This document shows, piece after piece, positions 1-5,689 of a stretch of 32,000 nucleotides of DNA; the stretch's first letter is position 1; each line of letters begins with the position of its first letter. Source of the stretch: Kineococcus radiotolerans SRS30216 = ATCC BAA-149. Lineage in GTDB: Bacteria > Actinomycetota > Actinomycetes > Actinomycetales > Kineococcaceae. The stretch spans positions 2,100,001 to 2,132,000 of the forward strand of contig NC_009664.2 of the NCBI RefSeq assembly GCF_000017305.1, written 5' to 3'. The notes below the pieces were generated by a model. The model worked only from the letters and a program-made list of their open reading frames with translations. It made no database searches and was not told where the DNA came from. Both the position numbers and the translations under genes were made by a program.

Positions 1-324
1 CCAGGTGAGGCGCTGCAGCGCAGCGGGTGCGGTGCGGGCCGCGCGGCCCAGGGCGTGACGGACCTCGTGGGTGCGGGGGCCGCGGCCGGGCACCTCGAGG
101 ATCCAGCCGCGCGGGGCGGGGCTGGTCCGGTCGCCGGTCTGGCGGCGCACCGAGACGCCCGCGGCGGCCAGCGCGAGGTCGGCGGTGTCGAAGTGCGTCT
201 CCTCGGTGGTCACGTGGACCGGGGCGGCGACGTCGGCCACGCCGGGCAGCTCACCGGCTCCGGGAGCCGGGGCGGACGTCGGCGCGAGGTAGGTGCGGGT
301 GAGGGCCAGGCGCGGGGACGGCAT
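1..324 (-). CDS. CYTH-domain protein (probable CYTH/CHAD family); N-terminal 108 codons only, gene runs off the left edge
   Basis: Absent from the ORF track because it is open at the window edge. My translation of the minus strand from ATG 324-322 gives MPSPRLALTRTYLAPTSAPAPGAGELPGVADVAAPVHVTTEETHFDTADLALAAAGVSVRRQTGDRTSPAPRGWILEVPGRGPRTHEVRHALG... The hFDTxDLxLxxAGxxLRRR and GWxL(K/E)hP strands are typical of CYTH triphosphate-tunnel domains that precede CHAD domains. Third codon positions are almost all G/C. Confidence 0.6.
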   Translation of the reverse strand, partial: MPSPRLALTRTYLAPTSAPAPGAGELPGVADVAAPVHVTTEETHFDTADLALAAAGVSVRRQTGDRTSPAPRGWILEVPGRGPRTHEVRHALGRAARTAPAALQRLTW

Positions 325-373
325 GAGCCGTAGATCTACCACGCGGCGGTGAACGGACCCGCATCCCCGCAGG

Positions 374-1027
374 TCAGCGGCGGTCCAGCCGCAGGACCCC
401 GTCCTGGCCGGCGGCGGTGCTCCCGTCCTCGCCGGTGGTGGTCCGCTCGACCAGCAGCTCGCGCGCGACGGTCCACTCCGCCTCGGGCAGGGCGAGGCGC
501 CGGCGCAGCTCGCCGGGGGAGGGCAGGTCGACCTCGGCGCCCTCGGCCCGCCAGCGCGCGGCCTGCTCCTCGGGGACGACGTGGTGGCCCAGGACGAGCA
601 GCGACCCGCCGGGGGCGACGGACCGCGCGGCGCGCGCGAGTACGGCCGTGCGGTCCAGGAAGGCGAAGGAGTGCAGGAAGGAGGCGGTGACGAGGTCGAA
701 GAGCCCCTCGGGGAAGGACTGCCCGAGGTCGTGGCGCTCGAAGCGGGTCAGGTCCCCGACCCCGGCCTCGGCGGCGTGGGCGGCGGCCCGGGCGATCGCG
801 GTGTCGGAGACGTCGACGCCGGTGACGCGCCAGCCGAGGCGGGCCAGGTGCAGGACGTCGCCGCCCTCCCCGCAGCCGAGGTCCAGGGCGGTCCCGGGGG
901 TGAGGTCGGCGATCGCGTCGACGAGGGCGGGGTTGGGGCGGCCGCTCCAGACGTGGCCGTGGCCGGAGGAGTACATCCCCTCCCACAGTTCGCGGGCGTC
1001 CCGGGCGGTGAGGTCGAAGTTCGGCAC
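374..1027 (-). CDS. Class I SAM-dependent methyltransferase
   Basis: 217-aa ORF with a GTG start at 1027. SAM-binding motif I is LDLGCGEGGD, followed by VTGVDVS, DLVTASFLHSF and PGGSLLVLG. Strong GC3 bias. Confidence 0.85.
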   Translation of the reverse strand: MPNFDLTARDARELWEGMYSSGHGHVWSGRPNPALVDAIADLTPGTALDLGCGEGGDVLHLARLGWRVTGVDVSDTAIARAAAHAAEAGVGDLTRFERHDLGQSFPEGLFDLVTASFLHSFAFLDRTAVLARAARSVAPGGSLLVLGHHVVPEEQAARWRAEGAEVDLPSPGELRRRLALPEAEWTVARELLVERTTTGEDGSTAAGQDGVLRLDRR

Positions 1028-1090
1028 CCCCCGATCGTGCGGCCCGCGCGCCGCGCGGTCGAGCCTCCTTGCCGACTCGGCAAGACCCGG

Positions 1091-1130
1091 CGGGACGGGG
1101 CGGGACGGGGCGGGACGGGGCGGGACGGGG
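1091..1130. repeat. Perfect tandem decamer CGGGACGGGG x4 (degenerate copies extend to ~1088-1140); G-quadruplex-capable
   Basis: Read directly: cgggacgggg cgggacgggg cgggacgggg cgggacgggg cggggcggcg. It lies in the 155-bp divergent intergenic region between the methyltransferase start (1027) and the ORF at 1183. Confidence 0.9.
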
Positions 1131-1145
1131 CGGGGCGGCGACGCG

Positions 1146-1174
1146 TCGACGGCGGGGCGCGTCGCACCTACACT
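1146..1174 (+). promoter_or_regulatory. Candidate housekeeping-type promoter: TCGACG (-35) N17 TACACT (-10), 8 nt before ATG 1183 (leaderless mRNA implied)
   Basis: -35-like TCGACG at 1146-1151 and a TAnnnT -10 (TACACT) at 1169-1174, with a 17-nt spacer. There is no Shine-Dalgarno before the ATG. An in-frame TGA at 1174-1176 means ATG 1183 is the first possible start. Confidence 0.3.
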
Positions 1175-1182
1175 GACGTTTC

Positions 1183-1503
1183 ATGCACGAAGGATCGTCG
1201 TCGGACGCGGCGCAGACCCCGCGCTCGCTGCAGCGTCCCCGGTCCCGCAACCGCTTCGTGGACCTCTTCCTCGACGCGGCGTTCAGCTTCACCGGCCCCG
1301 CCCAGGTGTCCCGGGACGAGGCACCCCCGCGCGGGCCGCGCACCGAGGAGGAGGCGCGAGCCGGGTACGCCCAGTGGGAACGGGTGACCCGCGGCGGCCA
1401 CACCTACCTCGTCGAGCGCCGGGTCCCCGCCGAGGACCCGGGCGAACCCGCAGGATCCGGGGAACCCGGGGAACCCGGGAGCTCCAGCACCTCCAGCAGC
1501 TGA
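1183..1503 (+). CDS. Hypothetical small protein (106 aa), no recognisable family
   Basis: About 90% G/C at third codon positions in this frame, whereas the antisense ORF 1168-1401 looks like noise. The last 100 nt overlap the 3' end of the convergent ligase gene. The C-terminal GEP/SS-rich tail may be non-functional. Confidence 0.4.
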   Translation: MHEGSSSDAAQTPRSLQRPRSRNRFVDLFLDAAFSFTGPAQVSRDEAPPRGPRTEEEARAGYAQWERVTRGGHTYLVERRVPAEDPGEPAGSGEPGEPGSSSTSSS

Positions 1504-2429
1504 TCGAACCCCCGGCCGATCGCCTCCCCGTCGATCGACCCGGGCAGGATCCGCACCTCCAGCACGTCGGGGCCCGGGCGCACGCCGAGGACCCGGGTGA
1601 GGTTCACGTCACTGAACTTCGTCACCCCCGTGCGGGCCGCGACCGCGCGCAGCGACGCCCAGTCCGGCCAGTCGGCGCGGACGAGTTCCACCAGGTCCGC
1701 GGGCAGCGACCCCAGCCGGGTGCAGCGCGGGTTGGTCCCGAACCGCTCCCGGAGCTCCTCGCGCCGCCCGGCGAAGGTGGACACGACGTGGCGGAACCTG
1801 GCCACGTCCCGGAACGGCCCGGCGTCGAGGTTCACGTGGACGGCCGCCTCGGCCGGGACGGTGAAACCCAGGTCCCGCGCGGGGGCGAGCAGTTCCTCCA
1901 GGTGCCGGACGTGGTCGCGCTCCCAGGGCGGGGTCACGACCTCGCAGGGGCGTTCGCGCTCCCCCGGCAGCGGGGCCGCCATCGCGATCGTCGCCCCGGC
2001 GCCGTCGTCGAGCCGGCGCACGCCCCGCACCTCGCGGACCGGTGCGCCGAACAGTTCCGCCACCGGGTCCAGCACCGACCCGATCCCCTCCGCCGGGTCG
2101 GCGTGGCGCTCGACGAGGCGCAGCAGGCGGGGGTCGTCGCTGAGGACCCGGTACCAGCCCGGGCGCGGCGGCGCGCCCGCGTCGAGGTCGGCGACGATCG
2201 TGGTGTCGTCCACCAGCGAGCACACCGGTGCCCCCGCCGCGTCGACGACGTCGAAGGCGGGGGTGAGGTGCCAGAACGCCGCCACCCCCGGCGTCGCGGA
2301 CGCCTCGGTGTCGACGTGGAACCTTCGGCGCACCGATCCCCCTGCGCGGGAGGCGATCTCCTGCGCGAGGTCGAGCCTGCTCGCCCCCGCGGGGGCGAGC
2401 AGCTCGACCTCGAAACCGGCGCGCACCAC
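1404..2429 (-). CDS. Glutamine-synthetase-like COOH-NH2 ligase of the putative amidoligase family (Pfam Amidoligase_2-like)
   Basis: 341 aa with a GTG start at 2429, 1 nt after the stop of the upstream gene. Motifs typical of the family: N-terminal GFEVELLAP, CEVVTPPWERDH, AAVHVNLDAGPF, KFSDVNLTRV and LEVRILPGSIDG. Low-complexity C-terminal tail SPGSPDPAGSPGSS. Confidence 0.75.
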   Translation of the reverse strand: MVRAGFEVELLAPAGASRLDLAQEIASRAGGSVRRRFHVDTEASATPGVAAFWHLTPAFDVVDAAGAPVCSLVDDTTIVADLDAGAPPRPGWYRVLSDDPRLLRLVERHADPAEGIGSVLDPVAELFGAPVREVRGVRRLDDGAGATIAMAAPLPGERERPCEVVTPPWERDHVRHLEELLAPARDLGFTVPAEAAVHVNLDAGPFRDVARFRHVVSTFAGRREELRERFGTNPRCTRLGSLPADLVELVRADWPDWASLRAVAARTGVTKFSDVNLTRVLGVRPGPDVLEVRILPGSIDGEAIGRGFDQLLEVLELPGSPGSPDPAGSPGSSAGTRRSTR

Positions 2430-2430
2430 G

Positions 2431-2991
2431 TCAGGGGGCGACCGGCAGGGTCTCGCCCGCGAGCAGGTCGCGCCCGCCGGTGACCTTCGCCTCCCAGGGG
2501 CTCACGTGCCAGATCCCGCCGAGGGCCACCGCGTCGTCGTAGGTGTACCCGGCGGCGAAGAACGCGTCGACCGCCGTGGACTCCTCCGTCGGGAGCTCGG
2601 AGACGGGAACGGTGGGGGCGGGAGCGGAACTGCCCGGCTCGATCGGCAGCGTCTCCCCCGCGGCCAGCTTCTCCCCGCCGGTGACCTTCGCCTCCCACGA
2701 GTCCTGCGCCCACTGCTTCCCGAGGACGACGGCGTCGTCGTAGGTGTAGCCCGCGTCGAAGAACACCTCGCGCGAGGCCTGGTCGGGGTCGACGGGTTCG
2801 TCGACGAACCCCGCGGGGGGCGCCTCTACGGCGGGGGCGGTGCTCGCCGCGCGGACGGGTTCCACGTCGGCGGAGTTGGCGTTCGCGTAGGCGGTGCCGC
2901 CGGCGAGGGCGATGCCCCCGGCCACGACGGTCGCAGTGACGATCCGCGCCGCGCGCCGGTTCGCCGGGGTCCTGGTCTCGTTGTCGCTCAT
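2431..2991 (-). CDS. Secreted or membrane-anchored protein with two copies of an unassigned ~43-aa Trp/Tyr-rich repeat (gene B)
   Basis: The internal ATG at 2991 of track ORF 2431-3522 gives 186 aa: MSDNETRTPANRRAARIVTATVVAGGIALAGGTAYA/NANS... (hydrophobic segment ending in AxA). Repeats at aa 74-116 and 141-183. The longer ORF version would overlap gene A and reads as Arg/Gly noise. Confidence 0.75.
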   Translation of the reverse strand: MSDNETRTPANRRAARIVTATVVAGGIALAGGTAYANANSADVEPVRAASTAPAVEAPPAGFVDEPVDPDQASREVFFDAGYTYDDAVVLGKQWAQDSWEAKVTGGEKLAAGETLPIEPGSSAPAPTVPVSELPTEESTAVDAFFAAGYTYDDAVALGGIWHVSPWEAKVTGGRDLLAGETLPVAP

Positions 2992-3000
2992 GCCGGGGAA

Positions 3001-3027
3001 GACGACGCGGGGGGCGGCGGGGTTGCC
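3001..3027 (-). promoter_or_regulatory. ECF-type promoter in front of gene B: GGCAAC (3027-3022) N17 CGTC (3004-3001), 9 nt before ATG 2991
   Basis: Minus-strand reading: GGCAACcccgccgccccccgcgtCGTCttccccggcATG. The geometry is identical, and the sequence nearly identical, to the element upstream of the sigma gene. Confidence 0.55.
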
Positions 3028-3032
3028 CCGGT

Positions 3033-3515
3033 TCACCGGGGGACCGGGAGTTCGTCGCCGTTCTGCAGCGCCTGCCCGCCGAGGGCCTTGGCCTCCCACG
3101 GGTCGACGTTCCAGAGCTCGCCCAGGGGCACCGCGTCCTCGTACACGTACCCCGAGTCGAAGAACACGTCCCGCGCGGCCTCCGCGTCCATCACCAGCAC
3201 CGGCGGTTCCGTCGCCACCCGTGACGCCTCGGGCGCCGGCGCCGTCGGGACGGGCGAGGTCACCGCGGTGCTCGACGGGGTCCCCGCCGGGGCGAGGGCC
3301 GGTGGCGGGGCGGAGCGGCTCGTGCCCGCCCACACCGCTCCCCCCGCGACGACGAGCGCGGCGGGCAGCGTCGCCAGCGCGCGCCGGCGCCGCAGCCGTC
3401 GCCGGCCCCCCTCGCGCGCGGCGCCGAGGAGGCCGTCCCCCGCCCGCACGTCGCGCACCGACGCGTCGAGCTCGCGACGCAGCCGGTCCTCCCAGCCGCT
3501 CAGCCGTTCGTCCAC
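3033..3515 (-). CDS. Single-pass membrane protein, candidate anti-sigma factor, with one copy of the ~43-aa repeat (gene A)
   Basis: 160 aa. GTG start at 3515 overlaps the sigma gene by 16 nt. Domain order: Arg-rich N-terminus (RRRLRRRR), TM helix ALATLPAALVVAGGAVWAG, Pro/Ala/Thr linker, then C-terminal repeat RDVFFDSGYVYEDAVPLGELWNVDPWEAKALGGQALQNGDELP. No HxxxCxxC zinc motif. Confidence 0.75.
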   Translation of the reverse strand: MDERLSGWEDRLRRELDASVRDVRAGDGLLGAAREGGRRRLRRRRALATLPAALVVAGGAVWAGTSRSAPPPALAPAGTPSSTAVTSPVPTAPAPEASRVATEPPVLVMDAEAARDVFFDSGYVYEDAVPLGELWNVDPWEAKALGGQALQNGDELPVPR

Positions 3516-4009
3516 CGCGCACCCACCCCTTCTCCGCTCGGCTCCCCCACCAGTGCCCGCAACGAGGCCAGCCCCTTGGAGGCCTGGCTCTTGACCGTCC
3601 CGCGCGTCACGTCGAGCTGGTCGGCGATCTGCTCCTCCGACCAGTCCTCGAAGTAGCGCAGGACGATGACGGCCCGCTGCCGCGGGGGCAGCCGGCGCAG
3701 CGCCTCGACGACCCGGGACCGTTCAGCGCGCTCGGCGGTGCCGTCGGGCACCGCCCGGTCGTGGTGGTCCTCGAAGCCGACCTCGCGGGGGCGGCGCGCC
3801 CGCGCCCGCCACCGGTCGGTGACCTTGCGGGTCAGGGCCGTGCGCGCGTAGGCGTGCGGGTCCTCGATGCGCCGCCAGCGGACGTACATCCGCTCCAGGA
3901 CGTCCTGGAGCAGGTCCTCGGCGTGACCGCGGTCCCCGGTCAGGAGCAGCGCGAAGCCCAGCAGCCGGTCGCTGCCGGTGCTCACGAACTCCTCGAAGGA
4001 ACCTTCCAC
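3500..4009 (-). CDS. ECF (sigma-70 group 4) RNA polymerase sigma factor, actinobacterial SigE-like
   Basis: 169 aa with a GTG start at 4009. Region 2 reads DRGHAEDLLQDVLERMYVRWRRI. Region 4 reads LPPRQRAVIVLRYFEDWSEEQIADQLDVTRGTVKSQASKGLASLR. Confidence 0.9.
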   Translation of the reverse strand: MEGSFEEFVSTGSDRLLGFALLLTGDRGHAEDLLQDVLERMYVRWRRIEDPHAYARTALTRKVTDRWRARARRPREVGFEDHHDRAVPDGTAERAERSRVVEALRRLPPRQRAVIVLRYFEDWSEEQIADQLDVTRGTVKSQASKGLASLRALVGEPSGEGVGARWTNG

Positions 4010-4018
4010 ACCGTTGCA

Positions 4019-4045
4019 GACGTCCGGGGGGCCCGCGGGGTTGCC
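4019..4045 (-). promoter_or_regulatory. ECF-type (autoregulatory) promoter: GGCAAC (4045-4040) N17 CGTC (4022-4019), 9 nt before GTG 4009
   Basis: Minus-strand reading: GGCAACcccgcgggccccccggaCGTCtgcaacggtGTG. This fits the classic ECF -35 GGAAC-like / -10 CGTC architecture. Confidence 0.55.
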
Positions 4046-4086
4046 TCGGAGCGCGGACCGGTCGCCGGTGCAGTCCGCGGCGGGGG

Positions 4087-4134
4087 TCGACGGCGCAAAC
4101 GGATAGTGCTACTTTCCGATAGTGCGAGTATCCG
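4087..4134 (+). promoter_or_regulatory. merR-family gene promoter/operator: TCGACG N17 TACTTT, 6 nt before GTG 4122, flanked by direct repeats GATAGTGC and an inverted repeat CGGATA/TATCCG
   Basis: -35-like element at 4087-4092 and -10 TAnnnT at 4110-4115. GATAGTGC occurs at 4102-4109 and 4118-4125 (the second copy contains the start codon). CGGATA at 4100-4105 pairs with TATCCG at 4129-4134. This is the lowest-GC patch of the intergenic region. Confidence 0.35.
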
Positions 4135-4769
4135 AGTTGGCCGAGCGAGCGGGCGTCCCCCTCTCCGCCGTGAAGTACTACCAGCGCGAGGGGCTGCTGC
4201 CCCCCGGCGTCCGGACCGCCCCCAACCAGGTCGCCTACGGCGACCCGCACGTGCGGCGCGTCCGGCTCATCCGCGCCCTCCTGGAGACGGGGGGCCTCTC
4301 CGTGGCGGCCACGAAGGAGGTCGTCGCCGCCCTCGACGCCGACGCGGCCCCGCTCGCCGAGGCGTTCGGCGTCACCCAGCGCGCCATGAGCGCCCGGCGC
4401 ACCCAGGAGTCCACGCCGAGCGCGGCCGCCCGCGCCCGCGTCGAGGCGCTCGCCGCCGCCCGCGGCTGGAACGTCACCGCCGGCAACCCCGGCGTCGACG
4501 CCGCCGCCCGCGCCCTCGACGGGCTGCGCGCCATCGGCTTCGACGCCCCCGACGCCTACCTCGAGGCCTACGCGGCCGCGGCCGCCACCGCCGCCGCCGC
4601 CGACCTCCACGCGCTCGCCGGGCGCGGTGACCGCGACGCCGTCGCGGAGCTCATGGTCGTCGGGACCGTCCTCGGCGACCCGCTCTTCGCCGGTCTGCGC
4701 CGCCTCGCCCACGAGGACGCCACCCACGCCCTCCTCCCCGCCCCCGAGCAGGAACGAGCCGAACCGTGA
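4122..4769 (+). CDS. MerR family transcriptional regulator
   Basis: 215 aa. N-terminal winged HTH: MRVSELAERAGVPLSAVKYYQREGLLPPGVRTAPNQVAYGDPHVRRVRLIRALLETGGLSVAATKEVV. Confidence 0.85.
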   Translation: MRVSELAERAGVPLSAVKYYQREGLLPPGVRTAPNQVAYGDPHVRRVRLIRALLETGGLSVAATKEVVAALDADAAPLAEAFGVTQRAMSARRTQESTPSAAARARVEALAAARGWNVTAGNPGVDAAARALDGLRAIGFDAPDAYLEAYAAAAATAAAADLHALAGRGDRDAVAELMVVGTVLGDPLFAGLRRLAHEDATHALLPAPEQERAEP

Positions 4770-5689
4770 TCCCACCCGCGCACGTCGTCCTCGGCGGCAA
4801 CGGCGTCGTCGGCCGCGAGACCCTCCGGGCCCTCCTCGCCGCCGGCCACGTCCCGGCCTCCGTCGGCCGCCGACCCCCCGCCGTCGAGGGGGTCGTGCCC
4901 GTCACCGCCGACCTCCTCGACCCCGCCGACGTCACCCGCGCCCTGCACGGGGCCGAGGTCGCCTACCTGGTGGCGGGACTGCCCTACTCCTCCCGCACGT
5001 GGGCGCGGCAGTGGCCGGTGATCGTCGGCAACGTCGCCGACGCCGCGCTCGCCGAGGGCACCCACCTCGTGCACCTCGACAACGTCTACGCCTACGGCCG
5101 CGTCGAGGGCGCCATGACCGAGGACACCCCGATCGCCCCGGTCAGCCGGAAGGGCCGCGTCCGGGCCGCCGCGCTGGACCTCCTCGCCGCCGCCGCCGCC
5201 CGCGGGCTCGTCGTGACCACCGCGCGCAGCGCCGACTTCTACGGCCCCGGCGCCTCGACCAGCGCGTTCAACACCTTCGCCCTGGACCGGATCGCCGCCG
5301 GGCGCACCGGCACCTGGCTCCTCGACGCCGACCAGCCCCACTCCCTCACCTACACCCCCGACGTCGGCGACGCCCTCGCCGTCCTCGGCACCGCGCCGCA
5401 GGCCCGCGGCCGCACCTGGCACCTGCCCACCGCCCCCGCCCTCACCGGCCGCGAGCACGTCCGTCTCGCCGCCGGCCCCGACGCCCGGACCGCCGTCATG
5501 GGCCTCACCGCGCTGCGGATCGGGGCCCTCTTCTCCACCGCCGCCCGCGAGACCCTGGAGATGAGCTACCAGCACACCGCCCCGTACGTCTTCGACTCCA
5601 CCGCCTTCGAGACCGCCTTCGGCCTCACCCCCACCCCGGCGGCGGAGGGCGTCGCCGCGGCGCTGGCCGCGGCGCGAGCGGGCTCGTGA
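4766..5689 (+). CDS. NAD(P)-binding epimerase/dehydratase-type (atypical SDR / NmrA-like) protein
   Basis: 307 aa. Rossmann motif VVLGGNGVVGRETLRALLAAGH. The GTG start overlaps the merR-family stop (GTGA at 4766-4769). Confidence 0.8.
   Translation: MIPPAHVVLGGNGVVGRETLRALLAAGHVPASVGRRPPAVEGVVPVTADLLDPADVTRALHGAEVAYLVAGLPYSSRTWARQWPVIVGNVADAALAEGTHLVHLDNVYAYGRVEGAMTEDTPIAPVSRKGRVRAAALDLLAAAAARGLVVTTARSADFYGPGASTSAFNTFALDRIAAGRTGTWLLDADQPHSLTYTPDVGDALAVLGTAPQARGRTWHLPTAPALTGREHVRLAAGPDARTAVMGLTALRIGALFSTAARETLEMSYQHTAPYVFDSTAFETAFGLTPTPAAEGVAAALAAARAGS

Noticed and set aside
1091-1130. Tandem repeats (also 13480-13521 and 22990-23015) as CRISPR-like arrays
   Set aside because: The units are 10-21 bp and directly abutting, with no spacers. 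No cas genes are present.
336-1403. 355-aa minus-strand ORF overlapping the methyltransferase
   Set aside because: It is an Arg/Pro-rich, off-frame reading of the same strand. The 217-aa frame carries the SAM-binding motifs.
1453-1478. GGGGAACCC tandem as a bidirectional terminator between the convergent genes
   Set aside because: The self-complementarity is weak (3-4 bp stems). The repeat lies inside both overlapping reading frames, where it simply encodes the GEP/GSP low-complexity tails.
2992-3522. N-terminal extension of ORF 2431-3522 (363 aa) as the true gene B
   Set aside because: The extension is Arg/Gly noise that would fully overlap gene A in another frame. The internal ATG at 2991 gives a sensible signal or anchor sequence and is preceded by the ECF-type promoter.
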